This document shows positions 25,976 to 35,535 of a stretch of DNA of 64,000 nucleotides, one piece after another. The stretch is from Escherichia coli O157:H7. GTDB taxonomy: Bacteria > Pseudomonadota > Gammaproteobacteria > Enterobacterales > Enterobacteriaceae. The notes beneath the pieces are model-generated. The model saw only the letters and a program-made list of their open reading frames with translations. It searched no databases and had not been told where the DNA came from. The stretch lies in the NCBI RefSeq assembly GCF_013167455.1, contig NZ_CP038328.1; one strand, written 5' to 3'. The translations under genes were made by a program, and so were the position numbers. Each line of letters opens with the position of its first letter. Positions within the stretch are counted from its first letter, which is position 1.

Positions 25976-26926
25976 TTACAACCAGTTCTTCCGCTTAAAG
26001 TACAGATACGGTGCCAGGCCCGCGAGGATCATAAAGATAATCGCGCCTGGGTAGCCGAAACTCCACTTCAGTTCTGGCATAAACTCAAAGTTCATCCCGT
26101 AGCTGGAAGCAACCAGCGTTGGCGGCAGGAACACGACGGATACCACCGAGAAAATTTTGATGATGCGGTTCTGCTCGATGTTGATAAAACCCATTGCCGC
26201 CTGCATCAGGAAGTTCACCTTCTGGAACAGGGATTCGTTATGCGGCAGCAGGGATTCGATATCTCGCAGGATTTCACGCGCCTGCTCCAGTTGCCCACCC
26301 GGTAAGCGTGCTTTACGTACCAGGAAGTTGAGCGCGCGCTGGGTATCCATCAGACACAGGCGCACTTTCCAGCCGATATCTTCCAGTTCCGCCAGAGTGG
26401 AGAGCGCCTCGTCGTACTCATCGCCCTGATGCCCTTCCATAATCACCCGGCTCAATTGCTCCAGGTCGCTATAGATATTTTCAATTTCATCTGCCAACTG
26501 TTCGATTTTGGTTTCGAACAGATCCAGCAGCAACTCGTAGGCGTTACCGTCTACCATCGACTGGCTACGGGCACGCATACGATACAGACGAAAAGCGGGC
26601 AGTTCACGCTCACGCAGAGTAAACAGACGACCATCACGGATGGTAAATGCCACAGTGGAGTTACCGGCGTGATCTTCCGCATCTTCAAAGAAGAAGAAGG
26701 AGTGAATATGCAGGCCGTCATCGTCTTCAAAGAAACGTGCCGATGCTTCGATGTCTTCCAGTTCCGGGCGGGTTGCCAGGCTCTGGCCAAGTTCAGATTG
26801 TACGCGCAGTCGCTCGTCGTCGTCCGGTTCGACAAGATCAATCCATACTGCATTTACAAGGGGTTGTGACTCTTCGACTTCCAGCCGGGTCAGTCGGTTA
26901 TTTTCCAGTTGAAATGCGCTCAGCAT
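25976..26926 (-). CDS. corA: Magnesium/cobalt transport protein CorA
   Basis: Recognised CorA sequence ([31 protein letters not shown]... [11 protein letters not shown] ...KRKNWL, 316 aa); start at internal Met of the 321-aa ORF. Confidence 0.95.
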   Translation of the reverse strand: MLSAFQLENNRLTRLEVEESQPLVNAVWIDLVEPDDDERLRVQSELGQSLATRPELEDIEASARFFEDDDGLHIHSFFFFEDAEDHAGNSTVAFTIRDGRLFTLRERELPAFRLYRMRARSQSMVDGNAYELLLDLFETKIEQLADEIENIYSDLEQLSRVIMEGHQGDEYDEALSTLAELEDIGWKVRLCLMDTQRALNFLVRKARLPGGQLEQAREILRDIESLLPHNESLFQKVNFLMQAAMGFINIEQNRIIKIFSVVSVVFLPPTLVASSYGMNFEFMPELKWSFGYPGAIIFMILAGLAPYLYFKRKNWL

Positions 26927-27295
26927 GACCGGGACTCCCAATGCTTAAAATATCGGACAGTTCGGTGGGCACACAGAAACAAATTGGGTTTCAGACCATT
27001 AAACAGCCTGACTCAGCGCGACGGGAAAAATTGAGGTCGCTGACAACCGCTAAGGCTATCAGCAAAAAGGGATAGCCTTAGGAGTTGATCCTGGATGACA
27101 GGATAGTGAGCCAGTATCTACTGGGTGTGTCCAAGGCGAATGTCCTCTTAGAGTGATCGTGCGCGCATGTTACGCCAGCAAAATTTTGCCGTCAACACGC
27201 AACAGAACACCACAGAACAATAGTTGAACTTCGCGCTTTTTGGTACTCGTCAAGGTCGCTAACAGGATAAAAAAATCCCACATCCAGGACCTATA

Positions 27296-28060
27296 ATGGC
27301 GCATCGGCTACTCATTGGTAAAGGAATGATCACCTTGAATCTCAAACGGATTTTTCTCGCCCTCACCTTACTTCCCTTGTTTGCTGTTGCCGCTGATGAT
27401 TGCGCACTCTCAGATCCAACGCTGACCGTACAGGCGTATACCGTTAATCCTCAAACAGAGCGGGTGAAAATGTACTGGCAAAAAGCCAATGGCGAAGCGT
27501 GGGGAACTTTACATGCTCTGCTGGCGGATATGAATAGTCAGGGTCAGGTGCAGATGGCGATGAACGGCGGCATCTATGATGAAAGCTATGCGCCGCTCGG
27601 TTTGTACATCGAAAACGGTCAGCAGAAGGTGGCGTTAAATCTCGCTTCAGGTGAAGGGAATTTCTTTATCCGTCCTGGCGGCGTGTTTTATGTCGCGGGA
27701 GATAAAGTCGGCATCGTTCGTCTGGATGCCTTCAAAACCAGTAAAGAGATTCAGTTTGCGGTGCAGTCAGGGCCAATGTTGATGGAAAACAGTGTAATTA
27801 ATCCGCGTATTCATCCCAACGTCGCCTCACGTAAAATTCGTAACGGTGTTGGAATTAATAAACATGGGAATGCCGTGTTTTTGTTGAGCCAGCAGGCGAC
27901 AAATTTTTATGATTTTGCCTGTTATGCCAAAGCGAAACTGAACGTTGAGCAGCTGCTTTATCTTGATGGCACGATTTCACATATGTATATGAAAGGCGGG
28001 GCAATCCCGTGGCAACGCTATCCTTTTGTCACCATGATTTCCGTCGAGCGGAAAGGTTAA
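27296..28060 (+). CDS. yigE: Uncharacterised exported protein YigE
   Basis: 254-aa ORF with N-terminal signal-like segment (LKRIFLALTLLPLFAVAADD); matches E. coli YigE as I remember it; divergent from corA. Confidence 0.85.
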   Translation: MAHRLLIGKGMITLNLKRIFLALTLLPLFAVAADDCALSDPTLTVQAYTVNPQTERVKMYWQKANGEAWGTLHALLADMNSQGQVQMAMNGGIYDESYAPLGLYIENGQQKVALNLASGEGNFFIRPGGVFYVAGDKVGIVRLDAFKTSKEIQFAVQSGPMLMENSVINPRIHPNVASRKIRNGVGINKHGNAVFLLSQQATNFYDFACYAKAKLNVEQLLYLDGTISHMYMKGGAIPWQRYPFVTMISVERKG

Positions 28061-28142
28061 GCATTGTACACTCGAGGAGGCCAGACAAACTGGGGCTGGC
28101 TACACAGCTGGAAAATCATCAGATAAATGAAGGGAAACAAAA

Positions 28143-29045
28143 ATGAAAAAAACGCTCGCAACGTTATTTTTATTAACGTGTCTGGGATCATCATCCGCTT
28201 ATGCGGATAACGCTTTGATTTTACAAACTGATTTTAGCCTGAAAGATGGTGCCGTCTCGGCGATGAAAGGGGTCGCATTCGGTGTTGACCATAATCTTAA
28301 AATATTTGATTTAACACACGAAATTCCACCGTATAACATCTGGGAAGGCGCTTACCGCCTGTATCAGACCGCCAGTTACTGGCCGCAAGGTTCGGTATTT
28401 GTCAGTGTGGTCGATCCGGGCGTAGGCACTGACCGTAAATCGATAGTGCTGAAAACCAAAAACGGTCAATACTTCGTTTCACCGGATAACGGTACGCTCA
28501 CTTTGGTGGCGGAATCGCTGGGTATTGAGAGCGTCCGGGAAATCGACGAAAAAGCTAACCGCCTGAAAGGTTCTGAAAAGTCATATACCTTCCACGGTCG
28601 TGACGTGTATGCCTACACCGGTGCACGTCTGGCTTCCGGGGCGATCACGTTCGAGCAGGTGGGGCCTGAGCTTCCTGCAAAGGTTGTCGAACTTTCTTAT
28701 CAGAAAGCAAAAGCAACAAAAGGTGAAGTGAAGGGCAATATCCCGATTCTCGATATTCAGTACGGCAACGTCTGGAGCAATATCAGCGACGAGTTGCTGA
28801 ATCAGGCGGGGATCAAACTCAACGACACGTTGTGTGTGACCATTTCCGAAGGTTCCCGGCAAAAATACGCAGGGAAAATGCCGTATGTCGCAAGCTTCGG
28901 CGATGTGCCGGAAGGACAGCCGATGGTGTATCTGAACAGCTTATTGAATGTTTCCGTGGCGCTGAATATGGATAATTTCGCGCAGAAACATCAGGTTGCG
29001 TCTGGTGCTGACTGGAATATTGATGTGAAGAAATGTGATAAGTAA
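28143..29045 (+). CDS. Exported SalL/DUF62-family protein (SAM-dependent halogenase / SAM hydroxide adenosyltransferase-like)
   Basis: 300-aa ORF with Sec-type signal peptide MKKTLATLFLLTCLGSSSAYA; mature region aligns by eye with the chlorinase SalL: LILQTDFS~IAFLSDVG, MKGVAFGV~CKGVMYGV, IFDLTHEI~IVDITHDV, YGNVWSNI~FGNVWTNI, SFGDVPEGQPMVYLNS~TFGEVDEGQPLLYLNS; GAAGGGA ribosome-binding site upstream. Confidence 0.8.
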   Translation: MKKTLATLFLLTCLGSSSAYADNALILQTDFSLKDGAVSAMKGVAFGVDHNLKIFDLTHEIPPYNIWEGAYRLYQTASYWPQGSVFVSVVDPGVGTDRKSIVLKTKNGQYFVSPDNGTLTLVAESLGIESVREIDEKANRLKGSEKSYTFHGRDVYAYTGARLASGAITFEQVGPELPAKVVELSYQKAKATKGEVKGNIPILDIQYGNVWSNISDELLNQAGIKLNDTLCVTISEGSRQKYAGKMPYVASFGDVPEGQPMVYLNSLLNVSVALNMDNFAQKHQVASGADWNIDVKKCDK

Positions 29046-29055
29046 GGTGCTGATG

Positions 29056-29084
29056 CCGGATGCGGTGTGGCGCACCGCATCCCG
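29056..29084. terminator. Hairpin between convergent DUF62-family gene and uvrD (terminator or REP-like)
   Basis: 10-bp inverted repeat ggatgcggtg / caccgcatcc with 5-nt loop, between the 29045 stop and the uvrD stop at 29090. Confidence 0.45.
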
Positions 29085-29089
29085 CAACG

Positions 29090-31252
29090 TTATACCGTCT
29101 CCAGCCGGGCGTATGCCGCCACCAGCCATTTAATACCCTGGCCCTGGAATGCCACCTGCAAACGGCTATGCTCGCCGCTGCCTTCCATATTGACGATAGT
29201 GCCTTCACCAAACTTAGCGTGGCGTACACGCTGGCCGAGCTTGTAGCCGCTGTCGTTCTCGACCATCGGCGTACCCATACGCTGATGGCTGACCGGGCGG
29301 CTTACCGTGGCGCGCAGGCGCACCTCTTCCACACACTCTTCCGGCAACTCACCGATAAAGCGCGACGGGCGATGGTAAACCTCTTTGCCATACAGACGGC
29401 GAGTTTCCGCGTAGGTCAGCGTCAGTTTCTGCATCGCGCGGGTTACACCAACGTAGGCCAGACGGCGTTCTTCTTCCAGACGTCCGCCTTCATCCAGCGA
29501 CATCTGGCTTGGGAACATGCCCTCTTCCATACCGACGATAAACACCTGCGGGAACTCCAGGCCTTTCGCCGAGTGCAGCGTCATCAACTGCACTGCATCC
29601 TGCCAGGTATCCGCCTGCCCCTCGCCCGCTTCCAGCGCCGCATGGGAGAGGAACGCCTGCAGCGGCATTAAATCTTCGTCTTCTTCGTTGTAGCTGAATT
29701 GGCGCGTTGCCGTCACTAGTTCCTCTAAGTTTTCGATACGCGTCTGACCTTTTTCGCCCTTCTCCTGCTCGTACATGGTACGCAGGCCGGAGTCTTTAAT
29801 TACCCGGTCAGTCTGTACATGCAGCGGCATATCGGCAGTTTCCTGCGCTAAGGCGTCGATCAGTTCCATAAACCGCTGTAAGGCGCTGGCAGCACGTCCG
29901 GCGAGGGCTTTTTCCTGCAACAGTTCACGACATGCCTGCCAGAGTGTTAACTGGCGATCGCGCGATGTCTGACGTACCACGTCCAGCGTCCGGTCACCAA
30001 TACCCCGCGTTGGCGTATTCACCACACGCTCAAAGGCCGCGTCGTCGTTGCGGTTGGCAATCAGGCGCAGATACGAGAGCGCATCTTTGATTTCCTGGCG
30101 TTCGAAGAAGCGCATCCCGCCGTAAATACGGTACGGCATACTGGCCTGCAATAACGCCTCTTCGAGCACCCGCGACTGGGCGTTGCTGCGGTAGAGAATG
30201 GCGCACTCGGCGAGCGCCCCACCGTTGTCCTGCCAGGTTTTGATGCGGTTAACGACAAAACGCGCTTCATCGAGTTCGTTAAAAGCGCAATAGAGGGAAA
30301 TAGGCTCACCGTCCGCGCCATCGGTCCACAGTTTTTTACCCAGACGCCCGTTGTTGTTTTCAATCAGGGCGTTCGCGGCGCTCAGAATGTTACTGGTAGA
30401 ACGATAGTTCTGCTCCAGACGGATAGTTTCGGCACCGGGGAAATCATTGAGGAAACGCTGAATATTCTCCACCTGCGCCCCGCGCCAGCCGTAGATTGAC
30501 TGGTCGTCATCACCGACGATCATCACTTTGCCGGTGTCGCCCGCCAGCAGGCGGATCCACGCGTACTGAATGTTGTTGGTATCCTGGAATTCGTCCACCA
30601 GGATGTTGGTAAAACGTTCGCGGTAGTGTTGCAGGATATGCGGCTTGTTAAGCCACAACTCGTGAGCGCGCAGCAGCAGCTCGGCGAAGTCCACCAGGCC
30701 TGCACGATCGCACGCTTCCTGATACGCCTGATACACCTTCTGCCAGGTCTGCTCCACCGGATTACCGTAGCTTTGAATATGATGCGGACGCAGGCCTTCA
30801 TCTTTCTGGCTGTTGATGTACCACATTGCCTGGCGCGGCGGCCACTGCTTCTCGTCGAGGTTCATGGCTTTGATCAGACGCTTAAGCAGGCGTAGCTGGT
30901 CTTCGCTATCGAGGATCTGGAAATCCTGCGGCAGATTGGCGTCCATATGGTGCGCACGCAGCAAACGGTGCGCCAGCCCGTGGAAGGTGCCGACCCACAT
31001 GCCGCCCTGGCTGGTGCCCATCAGTTGCCCGATACGATGACGCATCTCCGCCGCCGCTTTGTTGGTAAACGTCACAGCCATAATCGAGTATGGCGAGCAG
31101 TTTTCCACGCTCATCAGCCAGGCGATACGATGCACCAGTACGCGCGTCTTACCACTGCCCGCGCCCGCCAGCACCAGAAGGTTGCTGCGCGGCGCGGCCA
31201 CCGCTTCGCGCTGTTTGTCATTAAGGCTGTCGAGCAGGTAAGAAACGTCCAT
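29090..31252 (-). CDS. uvrD: DNA helicase II UvrD
   Basis: Start set at MDVSYLLDSLNDKQREAV (720 aa); Walker A GAGSGKT; recognised as UvrD. Confidence 0.95.
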   Translation of the reverse strand: MDVSYLLDSLNDKQREAVAAPRSNLLVLAGAGSGKTRVLVHRIAWLMSVENCSPYSIMAVTFTNKAAAEMRHRIGQLMGTSQGGMWVGTFHGLAHRLLRAHHMDANLPQDFQILDSEDQLRLLKRLIKAMNLDEKQWPPRQAMWYINSQKDEGLRPHHIQSYGNPVEQTWQKVYQAYQEACDRAGLVDFAELLLRAHELWLNKPHILQHYRERFTNILVDEFQDTNNIQYAWIRLLAGDTGKVMIVGDDDQSIYGWRGAQVENIQRFLNDFPGAETIRLEQNYRSTSNILSAANALIENNNGRLGKKLWTDGADGEPISLYCAFNELDEARFVVNRIKTWQDNGGALAECAILYRSNAQSRVLEEALLQASMPYRIYGGMRFFERQEIKDALSYLRLIANRNDDAAFERVVNTPTRGIGDRTLDVVRQTSRDRQLTLWQACRELLQEKALAGRAASALQRFMELIDALAQETADMPLHVQTDRVIKDSGLRTMYEQEKGEKGQTRIENLEELVTATRQFSYNEEDEDLMPLQAFLSHAALEAGEGQADTWQDAVQLMTLHSAKGLEFPQVFIVGMEEGMFPSQMSLDEGGRLEEERRLAYVGVTRAMQKLTLTYAETRRLYGKEVYHRPSRFIGELPEECVEEVRLRATVSRPVSHQRMGTPMVENDSGYKLGQRVRHAKFGEGTIVNMEGSGEHSRLQVAFQGQGIKWLVAAYARLETV

Positions 31253-31335
31253 TGGCACCGCCGCGTAAAAATAGGTTGGGCGGAGAAGCGCAACGCCCTC
31301 CGCCAAAAAGCTGGGTATATATACAGATTTGCTGA

Positions 31336-32052
31336 TTATATCAGCGAGGTCAGAGATGCCAACCGGGAAATTTCCAGATGCGGGAGTAAACGGCTATCCC
31401 AGGTTTGCATCAGATCGCCATTTTCCGGTCTGATCCAACAGGCCTGCATTCCGCTGCGAATTGCCCCACCCACGTCAGTGGTGAGATCGTCACCTACATG
31501 TAAGATCTCGCCGATCGGCACGTTGAGTTTTTCCGCCGCCAGGAAGTACATATCGCTGAACGGTTTCGAGCGCCCGTGCGGGCCAGCGCGCAGCACAAAC
31601 TCAAAATAATCCCCCAAACCAAACAGTTCCGGCTGAGCGTTACCGTTGGTGATCGCCACCAGCGGCCATTTCTTCGCCAGCTGTTTTAAGGTGTCGTGGG
31701 TTTGCTGCGGGACGTCGATCCTGCTGCGCCATTTAGCAAAGTTGATCATTGCCGCGTGTGCGCCTGCACTGGCTTCTTCCGCGCTCAATCCGGCGTCAAG
31801 CATCGCTTGTTCTATTGAGCGAAAACGCCAGCGCGTCACGTCGTGATAAATCTCGGGTTCCGCTTCCCGTACCGCCTGGCGCAGGCGTTGCAGATCTTCA
31901 TTCTGGAAGCTGCGCAGCGCCGGATGGTAATTTTGCACAAAGGTAAGCGCCTCCTGCTCGGTGCGCAAAATCACCGGACGGTTATCGTAAAGGGTATCAT
32001 CCAGGTCAAAGGTGAGCGCCGAGATGCGCCCCAAAGGCCGGTAAAAACGCAT
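31336..32052 (-). CDS. yigB: HAD-family phosphatase YigB
   Basis: 238-aa ORF with HAD motif I (FDLDDTL); xerC-yigB-uvrD order. Confidence 0.9.
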   Translation of the reverse strand: MRFYRPLGRISALTFDLDDTLYDNRPVILRTEQEALTFVQNYHPALRSFQNEDLQRLRQAVREAEPEIYHDVTRWRFRSIEQAMLDAGLSAEEASAGAHAAMINFAKWRSRIDVPQQTHDTLKQLAKKWPLVAITNGNAQPELFGLGDYFEFVLRAGPHGRSKPFSDMYFLAAEKLNVPIGEILHVGDDLTTDVGGAIRSGMQACWIRPENGDLMQTWDSRLLPHLEISRLASLTSLI

Positions 32053-32948
32053 TATTTCCCCCGTTTGGCGCGTGGATGCGCCGCATCGTACACCGAGGCA
32101 AGGTGTTGAAAATCAAGATGAGTATAGATTTGCGTGGTGGAGAGGTTGGCATGACCCAGCAGCTCCTGCACACCACGAAGATCGCCGCTCGACTCCAGCA
32201 TATGCGTAGCGAACGAGTGACGTAATTTATGCGGGTGAACGTGATTATTCAGCCCTTGTTTTATGCCCCATTCGGCAAAGCGTTTCTGCACATTACGCGC
32301 GGAGATACGCTTGCCCAGTTTCGACAGAAAAAGCGCGTCGTCTTCGCTACCAAACAGGTCGCGCAAATCAAGCCAGTGCTCAATCCATGACAAAGCGTTA
32401 CGACCAATCGGCAGGCGGCGCTCTTTGCTGCCTTTCCCCATCACCCACACTTCGCCGGACTCCAGGTCGAGGTGTTTGATGTCCAGCCCCACCAGCTCGG
32501 AAAGACGCAGGCCCGCGCCGTACATCACTTCCAGCATTGCACGGTCGCGCACAGCGAGGGGATCGTTGATATCAATATCCAACAGGCGATTTATATCATC
32601 GACGTCGATATTTTTCGGCAGATGACGTGGCGTTTTCGGTGCCGAAACACCTTTCGCCGGGTTAGCTTTGAGTTCGTTCTGGCTGACCAGCCAGTCAAAA
32701 AAGCTACGTAGCGCAGAGAGGCGTAATGCGAGGCTTGCCGCGCCCAGCCCTTTACGGCGACTGCGTACAGCAAAATTGCGCACCATCGCTGCATCGCATT
32801 GCTGCCAGTTTTGCAGGCCGTTTTCGCTGGCAAAATTGATGATCGCCTCAAGCTGTCGCTGGTAGTTAAGCAGAGTTATCGGACTAAGCTGCCGCTCCAC
32901 GCTCAGATAACGTAGGTAGCGTTCTACATCGGTGTGTAAATCGGTCAT
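32052..32948 (-). CDS. xerC: Tyrosine site-specific recombinase XerC (chromosome dimer resolution)
   Basis: 298-aa ORF recognised as XerC; C-terminal catalytic region HxxR...Y ([12 protein letters not shown] ... TTQIYTHL); chromosomal housekeeping recombinase, not a mobile-element integrase. Confidence 0.95.
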   Translation of the reverse strand: MTDLHTDVERYLRYLSVERQLSPITLLNYQRQLEAIINFASENGLQNWQQCDAAMVRNFAVRSRRKGLGAASLALRLSALRSFFDWLVSQNELKANPAKGVSAPKTPRHLPKNIDVDDINRLLDIDINDPLAVRDRAMLEVMYGAGLRLSELVGLDIKHLDLESGEVWVMGKGSKERRLPIGRNALSWIEHWLDLRDLFGSEDDALFLSKLGKRISARNVQKRFAEWGIKQGLNNHVHPHKLRHSFATHMLESSGDLRGVQELLGHANLSTTQIYTHLDFQHLASVYDAAHPRAKRGK

Positions 32949-33652
32949 ACGCGTTCAATCCAACGCTCCAGAAGCTCCGGCAACATCAGCGCAATTTCAT
33001 GAAGTAACTGCGTTCCCTGCCCTTGTTGATAGTGACTGGCATCGCGGCTGGTGAACAGCACCACGCCTAAATCAGCATCGCTTCCCAGCATCGACATCGC
33101 CACCGATCCCACCGCTTTCGCTTCCGGTAGTACCACCAGCAGCTCCGGTCCGTTAAGCGGCCCCAGATAATGCTGCTCCTGCCCCAGACGCTGAATACGC
33201 AGCGGTTCGAAAGACTGACGGCTTAATGCCAGATGAGTGTGGTTCGACGGCGCACCTAAGCGCCAGCGATCCGGAAACAGGCGCAGACTCGCACCTGCCA
33301 GGCCGAGATCACGCGCCCAGCGGTGAAAGCGCATCAGCATATCATCAAGACTGCTGGCGGCGGTGAGACTGCGCTGCAGGTAGAGTAAGCGATAAAACAG
33401 GCCTTCGTTGGCGATAGCCTGTTCCATCAACAGCGCCATGTTCTCTTCCAGAACATGAATATGATTACGTGCGCGGGCCATGTGCCACTCGACCAACGAA
33501 ACGGTACCGCGTACCGGATGCGGCACACGTATCGCTTCTACTGCGCGCGCATTGCGGATAAAAAACTCAGGATTTTTAATCAGATAATCGACAACCACCC
33601 GGTCATCAAGCTCCGTGAGTGTTTCCTGCAGTTCTTCCCCTGGTTGCTTCAT
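32945..33652 (-). CDS. yigA: DUF484-family protein YigA
   Basis: 235-aa ORF in the dapF-yigA-xerC-yigB operon position; overlapping start/stop with neighbours. Confidence 0.85.
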
Positions 33653-34473
33653 AGATGAATAAATCCGTCGTAGACATGTACCGCCGGGCCAGTCATATAT
33701 AACGGGTGACCCGGACCTTTCCAGGCGATATCAAGACGACCGCCTGGGAGTTCCACGCGTACTTCTTCGGCCAGCAAACCTTGCTGAATCCCTACTGCAA
33801 CCGCCGCACATGCGCCGCTGCCGCAGGCCTGGGTTTCTCCTGCCCCACGCTCATAAACGCGTAAACGAATATGCTCGCGCTTAACCACTTGCATAAAACC
33901 GATATTGGCGCGCTCCGGAAAACGCTCGTGGCTTTCCAGAACAGGCCCCAGTGTTTCTACCGCCGCAGTATCGACATCATCGACCTGAATCACGCAATGT
34001 GGATTTCCCATCGACACCACGCCGCATAAGATTGTCTGCTCGGCGGCGCGCATAATATAGGTCTTTTCCGCTTTGTTAGCGCGAAACGGCACGGCAGAAG
34101 GTTCGAAGTTGGGTTCGCCCATATTTACGCGGACCAGATCATCATCGGTGACGGTAAGAACCATCCGCCCGTTGGCGGTGCTGACGCGGATATCGCGCTT
34201 ATTGGTCAGCCCTTTCAGACGCACAAAACGGGCAAAGCAGCGTGCGCCGTTGCCGCACTGCGCCACTTCACTGCCATCAGCATTGAAAATGCGATAGTGA
34301 AAATCCAGTTCAGGATCATACGGCGGCTCAACCACCAGCAGTTGGTCAAACCCTACCCCCAGGTGCCGATCAGCTAGGCGACGAATCAGCTCCGGTGAAA
34401 AAAAGACATTCTGCGTTACCGCGTCGACGACCATAAAATCGTTGCCAAGGCCATGCATTTTCGAGAACTGCAT
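33649..34473 (-). CDS. dapF: Diaminopimelate epimerase
   Basis: Recognised DapF ([17 protein letters not shown]..., 274 aa, start at second Met of the ORF). Confidence 0.95.
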
Positions 34474-34509
34474 CATTTACTCCAATCACGCGGGTACAGA
34501 AACTGACTT

Positions 34510-34713
34510 TTAGTAATTCACCTGGGATGGACCATCGCCAGTGGCGCGATCGTTTTTATCCGGCACCGTGGATTGCGTTTGCGTCTCTACCGGTTTGGTC
34601 GGCGGCGGTGCATTTTTATCTGCAGGCGGGAAATAGAGCGGACCTTTCAGACCGCAGCCCGTCAGGCTGAAGAGAGTAAGTAATACAGTGAGTGCCTTAA
34701 ACACGTTTTTCAT
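34510..34713 (-). CDS. yifL: Small lipoprotein YifL
   Basis: 67-aa ORF with lipobox LTGC in MKNVFKALTVLLTLFSLTGC; immediately upstream of dapF. Confidence 0.85.
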   Translation of the reverse strand: MKNVFKALTVLLTLFSLTGCGLKGPLYFPPADKNAPPPTKPVETQTQSTVPDKNDRATGDGPSQVNY

Positions 34714-35175
34714 TATGGATTGCCTGTAAAGTTCATCGCTTTCTGCTTTCTATCATCGCAGGAGAAGGCGTAAAAGCAAGCGTTTAGCGACTCTTTATGA
34801 AGTCTGAAAAGTGAGGAAATGCTGCGAGTATAACGCTTACTCGTGAGGATTTATGTTCTGCTGGCAGTTTCGTGATCAACACCTCACGCCAGGATGGCTT
34901 TATGCACTATCGCAATGTGGTTTGTTTGTTGGCTTTTTTAGTTCCGTCAGCGTGAGGATGCTCGCTCGGTAAACCTGATCATAATGTTTACCAGAAACAG
35001 GGAAAGGCGTGGTGTAACTGCGCCCTAATGAAGAGACAAATCTTTCGCTACACAGAGACATCATTATTCCGGTGACGGATGAATCATGCCGTAACGCAGC
35101 CGCAGAGGTGCAAACTTTGAAGCCCTGACCCCATGCCGCTATACTGCCGCCATCACTTAAAAACAGGATACAACA

Positions 35176-35496
35176 ATGAACGACAGTGAATTTCATCGCC
35201 TGGCTGATCAACTGTGGCTGACCATTGAAGAGCGTCTGGACGACTGGGATGGCGACAGCGATATCGACTGCGAAATCAACGGCGGCGTGCTGACCATTAC
35301 CTTTGAGAATGGCAGCAAAATCATTATCAACCGCCAGGAACCGCTGCACCAGGTATGGCTGGCAACCAAACAAGGCGGCTACCATTTTGATCTGAAAGGC
35401 GATGAGTGGATTTGCGATCGCAGCGGCGAAACCTTCCGGGATTTGCTGGAACAGGCGGCGACGCAGCAGGCGGGTGAAACAGTCAGTTTCCGCTAA
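35176..35496 (+). CDS. cyaY: Frataxin homologue CyaY
   Basis: 106-aa [36 protein letters not shown]... recognised as CyaY. Confidence 0.95.
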   Translation: MNDSEFHRLADQLWLTIEERLDDWDGDSDIDCEINGGVLTITFENGSKIIINRQEPLHQVWLATKQGGYHFDLKGDEWICDRSGETFRDLLEQAATQQAGETVSFR

Positions 35497-35535
35497 GATT
35501 GCATGCCGGATAAGCCTCGCTTTCCGGCACGTTCA

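Noticed and set aside
29056-29084. Hairpin after the DUF62-family gene as a REP element
   Set aside because: The stem is a good palindrome but does not match the REP consensus as well as the elements at 18153 and 44990; kept only as a possible terminator
32052-32948. Tyrosine recombinase as possible mobile-element integrase
   Set aside because: It is XerC in its conserved dapF-yigA-xerC-yigB operon, the chromosomal dimer-resolution recombinase; not evidence of a mobile element
34900-35385. 161-aa minus-strand ORF overlapping the start of cyaY
   Set aside because: Overlaps a well-supported gene on the opposite strand, has no recognisable features, and lies in the cyaY upstream region where reference genomes annotate at most a small pseudogene; treated as spurious
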